Assembly (NCBI GenBank): GCA_963737065.1
Contig: CAVTRC010000001.1
Location: 1,888,001 to 1,952,000 of the forward strand
Direction: 5' to 3'
Source: Candidatus Eremiobacteria bacterium
GTDB lineage: Bacteria > Vulcanimicrobiota > Vulcanimicrobiia > Vulcanimicrobiales > Vulcanimicrobiaceae
DNA length: 64,000 bases
The notes beneath the pieces were generated by a model. It did no database searches and had not been told where the DNA came from. It saw only the letters and a program-made list of their open reading frames with translations. Both the position numbers and the translations under genes were made by a program. Of this stretch, positions 1-9,700 are shown one piece after another. Every line of letters starts with the position of its first letter. Positions within the stretch are counted from its first letter, which is position 1.

Positions 1-351
1 GCGAAACGGCCCCCAGCCAGTTGTCAACTCGGAGCCCAGAAAGAAATTTCGCCAGACGGGCATGAGCGCCACGAGCGCGAGATCTTGATAGACGGTCGCG
101 ATACCGAACGCTTTGGCCTCGCGAGGAGACGACAGACGAACTTCAGCCCCGTCGACGCATAAGACGCCCGTGTCATGCGGATGCAAACCAGAGACGATCT
201 TGATTAACGTTGATTTCCCTGCGCCGTTGTCTCCAAGGATGCAGGTAACTTCTCCACGCCTCACCGTTAAACTGACGCCATCAAGCGCGCGAACGTTCCC
301 GTAATATTTGCAGAGATCGGTCAGCTTAACGATTGCGGCCGGCGCGCTCAT
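1..351 (-). CDS. Sugar ABC transporter ATP-binding protein (runs off window edge)
   Basis: Not in ORF track; manual translation from ATG at 351: MSAPAAIVKLTDLCKYYGNVRALDGVSL...GDNGAGKSTLIK (Walker A)...GIATVYQDLAL; ATGA overlap with permease stop. Confidence 0.9.
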   Translation of the reverse strand, partial: MSAPAAIVKLTDLCKYYGNVRALDGVSLTVRRGEVTCILGDNGAGKSTLIKIVSGLHPHDTGVLCVDGAEVRLSSPREAKAFGIATVYQDLALVALMPVWRNFFLGSELTTGWGPFR

Positions 352-1391
352 TTGCGGTCCACCTGATAGCGCACGAGCATGTTTACGAGCGTCGCGAGTA
401 ATAGCATCGCGCCGAGAAAGAATTTAAACCAATCGGGATTCCAACCGGCATACACGACACCTTGGCTCACGACGCCGAAGATCAGCGCGCCTATTGCGGC
501 GCCGATGACGGAGCCATAGCCACCGGTCAATAGACAACCGCCGACCACGGCGGCCACAATGTATTCCAGTTCGAGGCCCACGCCGCCGCCGGATTGCACG
601 GTGTTGTAGGCAAACAGCTGATGCATGCCGGCGATCCACGCGCAGAATCCGACGGTCATAAAAAGCGCGACTTTCATTCGCTTGACCGGAACACCGGCCG
701 CGCGCGCGCTTGCCGCATTACCACCGACCGCAAATACCCAGTTGCCGGCTGTCGTCCTTAGGAGGACCCACGTGCCTAACGCTACAAGGGCGAGCCACCA
801 TATGATGCTGACGTTTACGTCTACGCCGCCGAACGTAAGCGTCGATGCGAAAAACGCCTTCGCCGAATCAAATCCCGCCATGTTCGAGATGTCGTTCGTA
901 GCGACGTTCCCGCTTATAAGGCGCGTGATCGCAAGATTTATGCCTTGAAGCATGAGAAACGTCCCGAGCGTTACCAAAAAACTTGGTAAGCCGGTACGAA
1001 TCAGCATCCAGCCATTGAACGCGCCGATGGCGAGGGAAAGCGCCAAGCCGACAGCGACGCCGATCCACACGTTGGCATTGAATTGATACGCGAACATCGA
1101 TGCGCACAAGGCCGAAGTGATAACCGCGACGCCCGCGGAAAGATCGAATTCACCGCCGATCATAAGCAGTGCTACGCCGACCGCCATGATGCCGAGCGTG
1201 CCACTTTGGTAGAGCACGGTGCTGATGGACGCAGGATGGCGAATTGCGGGCGCAGTGATTCCAAAAAAGATAATTACCGCGACGGCTCCGATCAGCGAGC
1301 CGACTTCCGGTCTTGCAAGAAAGGTCCGAACAGCAGAACGGTGAGCTGACCGTTTGCGAAGCGGCGCGGACGGTGCAGCGGTCGAATTCAT
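348..1391 (-). CDS. Sugar (inositol-type) ABC transporter permease
   Basis: GGEFDLS and GGCLLTGGYGS motifs, multiple hydrophobic segments; ATGA-coupled to neighbours. Confidence 0.92.
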   Translation of the reverse strand: MNSTAAPSAPLRKRSAHRSAVRTFLARPEVGSLIGAVAVIIFFGITAPAIRHPASISTVLYQSGTLGIMAVGVALLMIGGEFDLSAGVAVITSALCASMFAYQFNANVWIGVAVGLALSLAIGAFNGWMLIRTGLPSFLVTLGTFLMLQGINLAITRLISGNVATNDISNMAGFDSAKAFFASTLTFGGVDVNVSIIWWLALVALGTWVLLRTTAGNWVFAVGGNAASARAAGVPVKRMKVALFMTVGFCAWIAGMHQLFAYNTVQSGGGVGLELEYIVAAVVGGCLLTGGYGSVIGAAIGALIFGVVSQGVVYAGWNPDWFKFFLGAMLLLATLVNMLVRYQVDRK

Positions 1392-2347
1392 CGCGTCCCC
1401 TTCTCCGCGAACCGTGCAATCGCGCTGATGTTATGCGAGTCGATGAATGCTGGACCGGTAAGTATCGGTTGGCCGCCACCAATCACGTCGCCGTTGGTTA
1501 CCAACAGCCACAGCGCATCGACCGCTTCGTAGCCCTGTAGGTACGGCTGCTGGTCGATGGCCCAACGGACGCTTCCGTGTTGAATCGCCGCGACGAGTTG
1601 TTTGTTCGTGTCGAACGTGACGATTCTCGCGCCGCTGCGTGCAGCCTGTCCTGCGTCAACTGCAGTAAGCGCGATGGGCGCACCGAGCGTCACAATATAG
1701 TCGATACTCGGGTCCTGTTGAAGCTTCGCGGTAATCGTCGAACGGACGGACGGCATGTCCGCGCCGTTGACGTAAATTTTCTCGCTGCGCCCCTTCGTAA
1801 GACCATCTTGCACGCCCTGGCATCGTGCTTCCAGTTGAACCTGTCCCTGCGATTGAATCACGCAAAGCACATGCCTAGCGCCTTCACGGCTCAACCGCGT
1901 GCCGGCTGCGCGCCCGGCGAGCAGTTCGTCTTGTCCGATGTACATCGGGATGCCGAGCCGCTTCCATGCGCCAAAGCCGGCGTTGAACGCGATAACCGCA
2001 ATGCCCGCGGCTTGTGCGCGCCTGACGGCGCTTCCTAGTGCGTCGGGCGTCGCAAGGGTCAGCGCTATGCCGTCCACATGCTGATCGATCGCATTCTGAA
2101 CGAGCACAGCTTGCCCGTTAGCGTTCTGGTCGTTGGAATAGATAAGATCCACGTTGTCATTCGCAGCTGCCGCTTCCGCGCCGCGCCGGATGATGTCCCA
2201 GAACGTGTCTCCCGGAGGTTGGTGCGTAATCATCGCGATTCTCAGGCGAGGCGCGTTGACCGCGCCACCGGGCCGTCCGCGCGCGCCTCCCGTGCTGCTA
2301 CAACCGAATAACAGCAACAAACAAACCACGGCGGCGACATGTTTCAT
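1388..2347 (-). CDS. Sugar ABC transporter substrate-binding lipoprotein (inositol-type)
   Basis: Lipobox-like LLFGC; GDTFWDII and AIDQQPYLQGY motifs of periplasmic sugar-binding proteins; iol context. Confidence 0.88.
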   Translation of the reverse strand: MKHVAAVVCLLLLFGCSSTGGARGRPGGAVNAPRLRIAMITHQPPGDTFWDIIRRGAEAAAANDNVDLIYSNDQNANGQAVLVQNAIDQHVDGIALTLATPDALGSAVRRAQAAGIAVIAFNAGFGAWKRLGIPMYIGQDELLAGRAAGTRLSREGARHVLCVIQSQGQVQLEARCQGVQDGLTKGRSEKIYVNGADMPSVRSTITAKLQQDPSIDYIVTLGAPIALTAVDAGQAARSGARIVTFDTNKQLVAAIQHGSVRWAIDQQPYLQGYEAVDALWLLVTNGDVIGGGQPILTGPAFIDSHNISAIARFAEKGTR

Positions 2348-3420
2348 GTCGCAACGCCCACGTATTTCAGCACGGCGTCTCCAAATTTGCTCGTTGTGAG
2401 CGGTGAGTCGCTTGCGCGCGCAATATCGGACGTTCGCAAACCGTCACACACGACGCGTTCTACTGCGTATTCTATGCGTGATGCGGACGCATCATCGTTC
2501 AGACTGTATCGCAGCAGTAGCGCGGCAGAAAGAATCGCTCCGATTGGATTCGCGATGCCTCGTCCGGCGATGTCCGGAGCCGTGCCGCCGATCGGCTCGT
2601 ACAGTCCGAACGTTCCCCCTTGCGGACCCGCCCGGACGCTCGCGCTCGGCAAGTTGCCGATTGAGCCGCTGAGAATCGCAGCTTCGTCGGATAGAATATC
2701 GCCGAACATGTTTTCTGTAACGATAACGTCGAAATCGCGCGGCCTGCGCACGAGTTGCATCGAAGCGTTATCGACAAGAAGGTGAGTCAATTCGACGCTC
2801 GGATACTCGCGTGCGACTTCGTTGACGACCTCCCGCCAGAGCCGAGACGTCGCCAAGATGTTATATTTGTCGACGGAGGTAACGTGCTTACGCCGTTGCA
2901 TCGCAAGGTCGAAGGCGACCCGTGCAACGCGCTCCACTTCCTCTTCGCTGTATGACATCGTGTCGACCGCGCATCGCTTGCCTGCGGCATCGACTCTGCG
3001 TTCTTTGGGCCTACCGAAATAGATGCCTCCCGTCAGCTCGCGCACGACGATAAGATCCAAACCCTCTACGAGTTCCGTACGAAGGCTTGACGATCGTTCG
3101 AGTCCTGAGTACACGCGCACCGGACGAAGATTCGCGAAGAGTTCGTAATCATAGCGCAATTCGAACAGCGCGGCTTCTGGACGACGCTCGAAGTCAACAC
3201 CATCGAACAGCGGGTCTCCGACAGATCCGAAAAGAATTGCATCGCTACGTCTGCATAGCGCATCGGTGTCGCTCGGAAGTGGCGGAAGCCCCATGCGAAG
3301 CGCGGCCGCACCAACGGGCGCTTCAACACATTCGATGTCCGGGCGCACGCGCTGCAAAACGCGCACAGCCTCCGCCACGATTTCGGGGCCAATTCCATCT
3401 CCGGGCAACACGGCAATCAT
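2344..3420 (-). CDS. LeuB-like beta-decarboxylating dehydrogenase (isopropylmalate/D-malate/tartrate family)
   Basis: PGDGIGPE, VRELTGGIYFG, ENMFGDILSDEA, APDIAG..ANP motifs; no leuA/C/D nearby, so leuB symbol withheld. Confidence 0.85.
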   Translation of the reverse strand: MIAVLPGDGIGPEIVAEAVRVLQRVRPDIECVEAPVGAAALRMGLPPLPSDTDALCRRSDAILFGSVGDPLFDGVDFERRPEAALFELRYDYELFANLRPVRVYSGLERSSSLRTELVEGLDLIVVRELTGGIYFGRPKERRVDAAGKRCAVDTMSYSEEEVERVARVAFDLAMQRRKHVTSVDKYNILATSRLWREVVNEVAREYPSVELTHLLVDNASMQLVRRPRDFDVIVTENMFGDILSDEAAILSGSIGNLPSASVRAGPQGGTFGLYEPIGGTAPDIAGRGIANPIGAILSAALLLRYSLNDDASASRIEYAVERVVCDGLRTSDIARASDSPLTTSKFGDAVLKYVGVAT

Positions 3421-4346
3421 ACGGTAGCGACCATATTCCGCACGCGTTGCGCGATGTGTTCGGCACTGAGGCCGTACTTGCGCAACAATTCATCATTAGG
3501 ACCGCTCTCGCCGTCGACGTCCATCAATCCGATACGCTCGATATGTGCCGGATAACGCTCGGCGAGCACCTCGGCTACGGCACCTCCGAGTCCGCCGTAT
3601 ATCGAGTGCTCCTCGCACGTGAGCAATCGCGGGATTGAGCGCGCGAATCGCACGACGGCTTCGGCATCGAGGGGTTTGATCGTCGGAACGTGCAGCACGG
3701 CAACGTGCACGCCTTCCTGCGAGAGCATTTCCGCCGCTTGAAGCGAGCGCACCGTCTGCCCGCCGGTTGCAATGATCCCCACGTCGCGGCCTTCCCGCAG
3801 CACACGGGTCCGGCCGATCGAGAAACCGTCATGTGGATTTGTCGCCGACGCAACCGGGTCGCGTAACAAGCGCATGTAGACCGGGCCATCATACGCTGTC
3901 GCTGCGACAATAGCTGCGCGCGCCTCGTGCGCGTCACACGGAGCTACGACCAGCATATGCGGTAGACTTCGCATGATTGCTATGTCGTTTACCACTTGAT
4001 GTGTCTTACCAGTGTATCCGGTTAAAATGCCGCTGTAGTGCGCCGCCAGCTTCACATTTAGGCGCGGCTGCGCCACGACGACGCGAACCTGATCCAGATC
4101 TCGTGTCGCCAAGAACGCTGCGAAGGAGCTAACCCACGGAATGAGTCCAGCCGTTGCCATTCCAGCCGCCACGCCAATCAGATTTTGTTCGGCGATCCCA
4201 AGCATGTAGAACGATTCGGGCGCGCGTAAGGCGACTTGGTCGGCCTTGGTGGAGTTCGCGAGATCGCCGTCTAGCACTACGACCCGCCGATCGGTCTTAC
4301 ATAGATCGACCAGTGTATTTCCGAACACGTCGCGCTGCGCGTTCAT
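3417..4346 (-). CDS. Split transketolase, C-terminal subunit
   Basis: GIAEQNLIGVAAG, TIKPLD, EEHSIYGGLG; start placed at ATG 4346 overlapping upstream stop. Confidence 0.92.
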   Translation of the reverse strand: MNAQRDVFGNTLVDLCKTDRRVVVLDGDLANSTKADQVALRAPESFYMLGIAEQNLIGVAAGMATAGLIPWVSSFAAFLATRDLDQVRVVVAQPRLNVKLAAHYSGILTGYTGKTHQVVNDIAIMRSLPHMLVVAPCDAHEARAAIVAATAYDGPVYMRLLRDPVASATNPHDGFSIGRTRVLREGRDVGIIATGGQTVRSLQAAEMLSQEGVHVAVLHVPTIKPLDAEAVVRFARSIPRLLTCEEHSIYGGLGGAVAEVLAERYPAHIERIGLMDVDGESGPNDELLRKYGLSAEHIAQRVRNMVATV

Positions 4347-5176
4347 GTCAGCTCGGCCAACGCGCGCGACACTTCGTCGGCCGACAGCGGCCGCGAGTGC
4401 CACGTGAGGTCATTCTCCATGAAGGAGACGCCTTTGCCCTTGACCGTCGATGCGATGATCATCGAAGGTAAGCCGCGTTGCGATGACGCGCGTTTGCAGG
4501 CATCGACGAACGCGTCAATATCGTGCCCGTCGCATTCAATGACGTTCCAGCCGAACGCTTCCCATTTCGAGCGCGGATTCGGCGCCGGATCGCGTCGCAC
4601 CATCGAAGCATATCCCTCGTCCGTCGCCCAGCCGTACTGCTGCAGGCGATTCCAGTCGAGAATTGCTGTCAAGTTGTCCAGACTGTAGCGAGCTGCTGTA
4701 AACGCCGCTTCCCACACTTGTCCTTCTTGTGTTTCACCGTCTCCGAGCATGACCCACGTTCGATAGCCTTTGCCCAAACGGCGGCCGGCAAGCGCCATTC
4801 CAATGCCGGGCGACAGCCCTTGACCGAGCGATCCCGTCGACATATCGAGCCCCGGAAGCTTGCTCATGTCAGGATGGCCTTGCAGACGTGAGTCGATCGC
4901 ATCGAACGTTTCAAGCTCGACAACCGGAAAGTAACCGCGCAGTGCAAGCGTTGCATACAAGCCAATAGCACAGTGGCCTTTTGAAAGAATGAATCGATCG
5001 CGATCGGGGCCGTAGGGCTGTGCTGGATCGATATTAAGTACGTCGAAGTACAGCGCCGCAAGCATGTCGGCTGCTGAAAGCGCGCCGCCGATATGACCTG
5101 CGCCGGCGAAATGCACGGCCTGCAAGACCTCGCGTCGTATCCGGTTGCCGATATCCTGGAGCGTTTGCGCATTCAT
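4343..5176 (-). CDS. Split transketolase, N-terminal (TPP-binding) subunit
   Basis: GHIGG, DRFILSKGH, STGSLGQG, GDGE..EG..WEA, TVKGKG. Confidence 0.93.
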   Translation of the reverse strand: MNAQTLQDIGNRIRREVLQAVHFAGAGHIGGALSAADMLAALYFDVLNIDPAQPYGPDRDRFILSKGHCAIGLYATLALRGYFPVVELETFDAIDSRLQGHPDMSKLPGLDMSTGSLGQGLSPGIGMALAGRRLGKGYRTWVMLGDGETQEGQVWEAAFTAARYSLDNLTAILDWNRLQQYGWATDEGYASMVRRDPAPNPRSKWEAFGWNVIECDGHDIDAFVDACKRASSQRGLPSMIIASTVKGKGVSFMENDLTWHSRPLSADEVSRALAELT

Positions 5177-6051
5177 AATTGAAACCGCTCGCGCAGGTAC
5201 TCGCGGTTCGCTTTGGCGCAGGCGAACGGTTCGCGCGGTGCATCTTGCTCTACTATGATCCAGCCATCATAATGAGCCTCGCGGAGCGCGTCGACGATGC
5301 TGGGAATCGATACGACGCCCGTTCCCAATTCGACGAACATCCCAATACGGACGGCTTCAACGAAATCAAGACGCTCGCTCCGAACGCGTTCCAGCGTCGC
5401 GCCGTCGATGTCTTTGAGATGCACGTACCCGATTCGCGTTCGATAGTCGCTGAAAAGTTGCTCGGGATCCGAGCCGCCGTACGCGATATGGCCGGTGTCC
5501 GGGCATAGCATGAGGAGTGCAGGATCGGTGAGCTCGCACAATCGGTCGATTTCCTCGCGCGTTTCGACGTACGTGCCGACGTGCGGATGAAAAACGGCAC
5601 TCATCCCACGCTGCTGCAACGCGTCGCCGATGCGGTGTAACCCTTCGGCCATCGTCCGCCAAGCGCGCTCGCCCAGCATATCGTCGCGGCGGGCGCGCCC
5701 GGCGACGCGAATGCGTTCTGGTGATACTTCATCGGAAAGGATCAATACATGCGAGCCGACGCTCTGCAAACGGTCGGCGACGCGTATGCTGCTCGCTAAC
5801 GCGGCTTCATGATTTGCTTCGTCACGCACGTTAACCGCATGAAACGATGCAGCCGGCGCGAGATCGCGGGCGCGCAGCTCGCGTGCAATTGCGTGTGAGT
5901 CGTTTGGGAAATTATAGCTGATTTCCGTGCCTTCGTACCCGGCCTGCGCCATTTCGTCGAGCATCTGCTCGAAGCTCGGCGTACGGACCCACGTGTAGAG
6001 TGGATCAAAGCCCCAGTTCACGGAAGCAGTCCCAATGCGCATCGTGTTCAC
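5173..6051 (-). CDS. iolE: Myo-inosose-2 dehydratase-like TIM barrel (sugar phosphate isomerase/epimerase family)
   Basis: FHPHVGT..ET, PDTGH, VHLKD, ELGTG, WIIVEQD; adjacent to iolB/iolG; start GTG 6051 or ATG 6042. Confidence 0.75.
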   Translation of the reverse strand: MNTMRIGTASVNWGFDPLYTWVRTPSFEQMLDEMAQAGYEGTEISYNFPNDSHAIARELRARDLAPAASFHAVNVRDEANHEAALASSIRVADRLQSVGSHVLILSDEVSPERIRVAGRARRDDMLGERAWRTMAEGLHRIGDALQQRGMSAVFHPHVGTYVETREEIDRLCELTDPALLMLCPDTGHIAYGGSDPEQLFSDYRTRIGYVHLKDIDGATLERVRSERLDFVEAVRIGMFVELGTGVVSIPSIVDALREAHYDGWIIVEQDAPREPFACAKANREYLRERFQL

Positions 6052-6857
6052 CACGCCCACCCTTGTCGAATCCATTCATGCTGCGGATCAAACGTCATGT
6101 GATAGATGTGTTTGGGGCCGGCCAAGACATTCAAATAGTAAATGGCATATTCAGGAGCCGCTGCACAAACGTGATATCCGCGCGGAACGAGGACGATGTC
6201 GCGGTCGCGCGCAGCAATCGTCTCGTCGACGTCGCCTTCCGCCGTGTACACGCGCTGAAACGCAAAACCACACTCAGGTCGCGCTCGATAATAGTACAAT
6301 TCTTCGAGTGCCGATTCGTGCGGCGGATCGTCCTTGTCGTGCTTGTGTGGCGGATAGCTGGACCAATGTCCAGGTGGTGTGAGAACCTCTGTGATAAAGA
6401 GCGTTGATGCCGCCTCTGGGTCCATCAAAATGTCGTAGATGCGGCGCGATGCATTTCCCGTTCCACGATCGTGGGCGTCGGTTTCGTTCAGCGCAATCAG
6501 CCGTGCTGCGTGCGTGCCGCGCGCTTGTGCCGAGCAGATCGCGATCTCGCAGTCGCCACGCGCGCTCAACTTGTACGCCGTTGTTTGCGGAAGATACACG
6601 GCTTGTGGAGGGCCGTCGAACGGAGAGCGCCGTTCGCCGACGCGCTGCCAAGATGCGTGATCGCTCGTCACGTCGGCGGTTCCCTCGATAAACACGAGAA
6701 CCGCTTCATTGCCGCCCGTTTCCGCGGAGTATGAGCTGCCCTTCGCGAGCCGGACGATTTTAAAGTCTATGTACTTCCAGTCGTCGCCGTGTGGTGCGAC
6801 GGAGGCGATGACTCGGTCATCCGTACCGCGGGATCGCACGAGGAGGCTGCTTGTCAC
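6048..6857 (-). CDS. iolB: 5-deoxy-glucuronate isomerase
   Basis: WSSYPPHKHD, LEELYY, VPRGYH, YYLNVLAGP signature. Confidence 0.93.
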   Translation of the reverse strand: MTSSLLVRSRGTDDRVIASVAPHGDDWKYIDFKIVRLAKGSSYSAETGGNEAVLVFIEGTADVTSDHASWQRVGERRSPFDGPPQAVYLPQTTAYKLSARGDCEIAICSAQARGTHAARLIALNETDAHDRGTGNASRRIYDILMDPEAASTLFITEVLTPPGHWSSYPPHKHDKDDPPHESALEELYYYRARPECGFAFQRVYTAEGDVDETIAARDRDIVLVPRGYHVCAAAPEYAIYYLNVLAGPKHIYHMTFDPQHEWIRQGWAW

Positions 6858-6860
6858 CGT

Positions 6861-7877
6861 CTACGCGGCCTCGATGTCGGCCATTTTTACGGCGCAGCCG
6901 CTTTCCCGCGATTGATCCGCGGCGACTGCGATGCGCAGCGCTTCCAAAGCGTCGCGGCCGCCGACACGTGGACGTCCGTCCGCAGCAACGACGTCGATGA
7001 AGTCTTCGATTTCCGCGCGGTATGCATCCGAGAATCGTGTGAGAAACGAGTCGGTTTGGCGCGTTGCAAACGACGCGCCTAAGACGCGGCCGTTCTGCAT
7101 TTGCTCTGCGCCGGTCAGCAGTATCCCACGCGATCCATGGATCTCCGTGCGCACGTCATAGCCGTAGATCGCTTCACGCGATACATCCACAACCGCGATG
7201 GCACCGTTCGAGAAACGCAGCAACGCAACCGCCGTATCGACGTCGCCCGCTTCGCCGATCTCCCGTGCAATGGTCGCGCTTCCGGTCGCCGTTACCTCGA
7301 CGACTTCCGCGGGCTCGAGCAGCCAGCGCGCCGCATCGAAATCGTGAATCATCTGGTCTTTGAATTGACCTCCGCTCGTGGGAATGTACGCGATCGGCGG
7401 AAGGCAGCGATCGCGGCTGACGAGGCGAAGAAAACGGATGTCACCCACGGCGCCCGATCCGATAGCGTTGCGTGCGCTCAAAAAATCTCGATCAAAGCGG
7501 CGTTGAAAACCGATCTGCAGAATTACGCCCGCCTCCTCGCATGCGAGTATTGAGTTCAACGTCGCGCCGATATCGAGCGATATCGGCTTCTCGCAAAAAA
7601 TGTGCTTGCCGGCCGTCGCAGCGCTTGCGATCAGTTCTGCATGCGTCGGACTCGACGTCGCAATGACCACGGCGTCGATGTCGCGATCCCGCAAGAACGC
7701 TTCGATACTGTCCGCTTTGCCTTTGCCCATCGACGAAACGAGGCGCTGCGCAGCATCGCGATCGACATCGGCAACGCCTGCGAGCTCTGCTCGCGGGCTG
7801 AGCGATACCGCACGCGCGTGCGCTGCGCCCATGCGTCCTGCACCGAACACTGCAATGACAGGCCGCCCGCCGCGCAC
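6861..7877 (-). CDS. iolG: Inositol 2-dehydrogenase (Gfo/Idh/MocA)
   Basis: GAGRMG, CEKP, IGFQRRFD, SGGQFKDQMIHDFD, YGYDVRTE. Confidence 0.88.
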   Translation of the reverse strand: MRGGRPVIAVFGAGRMGAAHARAVSLSPRAELAGVADVDRDAAQRLVSSMGKGKADSIEAFLRDRDIDAVVIATSSPTHAELIASAATAGKHIFCEKPISLDIGATLNSILACEEAGVILQIGFQRRFDRDFLSARNAIGSGAVGDIRFLRLVSRDRCLPPIAYIPTSGGQFKDQMIHDFDAARWLLEPAEVVEVTATGSATIAREIGEAGDVDTAVALLRFSNGAIAVVDVSREAIYGYDVRTEIHGSRGILLTGAEQMQNGRVLGASFATRQTDSFLTRFSDAYRAEIEDFIDVVAADGRPRVGGRDALEALRIAVAADQSRESGCAVKMADIEAA

Positions 7878-9685
7878 TACGTCAGCGCCTCTTGCGTGCG
7901 CGCAGCTTCATACTCGGCGCGCTTTTCACCGTGGTAAGCGGGAACCGTGACGTCCCACCATCCGGTCGTCGTGAGTCCGCTCTCGGGCAACTCGCGGCTG
8001 CACAATGCTTCGACGACCGCTGGACGCTCCGACGCGAAGGCACGCCGCAGCGCATCTGCGAGCTGCGCCGGTTCCTCAACGCGCTCTGCATGGCAGCCGA
8101 AACCTTCCGCAATCTGCGCTAGATTAGCGGAGAACGGGCTGCCGTCGCGCTTCTTGAAGTTCGTTGCGATAACGCGATCTGGGCCAAACTGCAACGTCTG
8201 CAAATTCTTGATGCACTCCCAGCCGTAGTTATTCATTACGAGGAAGACGGCCGGTACATCGTATTGCGCAGCCATCGCCAATTCCTGAACCGTCTGCAGA
8301 AAGCTGCCGTCGCCGACGATTGCGAGCACTTGCCGGTTCGGCGCCGCCAGTTTGGCACCGATTGCACCTGGCACCTCAAAGCCCATCGCCGAAAATCCGC
8401 CCGGCGTGATGTGCTGACGGCTTCCGTACACGGGAAACTCGGTGAATACTTGGCTTTGCGGATTGCCTGCGCCGGTAACTACAATCCCGTCGCGTTCGAG
8501 AACCTGCCGCGCGACAACAAGCGCTCGGGAGATCGTCATCGGATTGGCGTTGCTCTCTCGCATCGGTCGCAACGCTTCTTGCCACTCGTTCTTCAGGCTC
8601 TGAATGCGCTCGAAATACGCAGTAGAGCGGTACGCCCGCGGAGCCGACAACTCGTGCAGCGACGACAGCAAATCGTCGAGCGTGGCGCGTGCATCACCGA
8701 CGATGCCGACTTCTACCGGATAGTTCTTGCCGATCTCATACGGGTCGAGATCGATTTGTATGAGTTTTGTCGGTGGAATGTTGAAGGTGATCCCGCGCCT
8801 AAATGAAGATGTGGTGCGGTCCGTGAACCGGCAGCCGACCGCGAGCACGACGTCAGCTTCGCGCGCTAGCGTGTTGCCGGAAATCGAGCCGAGGTCGCCG
8901 CAGGGCCAAGCATACAGATCGTGGTCCTCGGGTATCGCGCCTTTTCCCATCCATGTAACCGTCACGGGGGCGCCTAGAAACTCCGCCAGTAGCCGCAGCG
9001 CCGGCTCGGCGCTCGACGAGATCACGCCGCCGCCCGCCAAAATCATGGGACGCTCTGCGCTCAACAGCAGCTGTGCCGCCTCCTCCACCGCCTTTGGATC
9101 GCCGTGCGAACGGCCGCGCGGGCGGCGTGCGACGGGATCCGGGAGTGCGTCGATCTCTGCGAATTCGGCTTGCACATCCATTGGGATATCGATGTGTGCG
9201 GGCCCACGCCGCCCCTCGAGCATGACGTTGAACGCAAGATGCAATACGTTGGGCAGCTGATCTACTCGACTGGGCTGCCACCACCGTTTGACGATGGGCT
9301 CCATCAGCCGCGGAAAGTTGGCCCAGTGCGTGCGTTCGAGTTCTTGCAGCACGCCGCGTCCGCGCATGTACGTGTGAACCGAACCGGTGAGAAGAAGCAA
9401 CGGCATCGAATCGACGTAGGCGCACGCCACGCCCATTGCGGTATTTACTGCACCCGGCCCGATGGACGTGAAAACGCCGCACGGTTTAGCGGCGACGCGG
9501 TAATACGCGTCCGCCATGTGCGCTGCGCCTTGCTCGTGAATCGCTTGGATTACCGCGATATCATCGCGCCTGTCGACGAATGCATCGAGGAGTGCGGTAA
9601 TGCCGTGACCGGGAACGCCAAACACCATCGGCACGCCTTCTCGGATGAGATATTCTGCGACGATTTGCCCCCCGGTCATTCGCAT
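7877..9685 (-). CDS. TPP-dependent enzyme, divergent IolD-like ring hydrolase
   Basis: ALS-fold motifs (HEQ, GDGS..NN) plus IolD-like GHG, TSIGPG, VLQELE, DVQAE and C-terminal WWDV; iol context. Confidence 0.72.
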   Translation of the reverse strand: MRMTGGQIVAEYLIREGVPMVFGVPGHGITALLDAFVDRRDDIAVIQAIHEQGAAHMADAYYRVAAKPCGVFTSIGPGAVNTAMGVACAYVDSMPLLLLTGSVHTYMRGRGVLQELERTHWANFPRLMEPIVKRWWQPSRVDQLPNVLHLAFNVMLEGRRGPAHIDIPMDVQAEFAEIDALPDPVARRPRGRSHGDPKAVEEAAQLLLSAERPMILAGGGVISSSAEPALRLLAEFLGAPVTVTWMGKGAIPEDHDLYAWPCGDLGSISGNTLAREADVVLAVGCRFTDRTTSSFRRGITFNIPPTKLIQIDLDPYEIGKNYPVEVGIVGDARATLDDLLSSLHELSAPRAYRSTAYFERIQSLKNEWQEALRPMRESNANPMTISRALVVARQVLERDGIVVTGAGNPQSQVFTEFPVYGSRQHITPGGFSAMGFEVPGAIGAKLAAPNRQVLAIVGDGSFLQTVQELAMAAQYDVPAVFLVMNNYGWECIKNLQTLQFGPDRVIATNFKKRDGSPFSANLAQIAEGFGCHAERVEEPAQLADALRRAFASERPAVVEALCSRELPESGLTTTGWWDVTVPAYHGEKRAEYEAARTQEALT

Positions 9686-9700
9686 CTGTCGTCTACCTCT

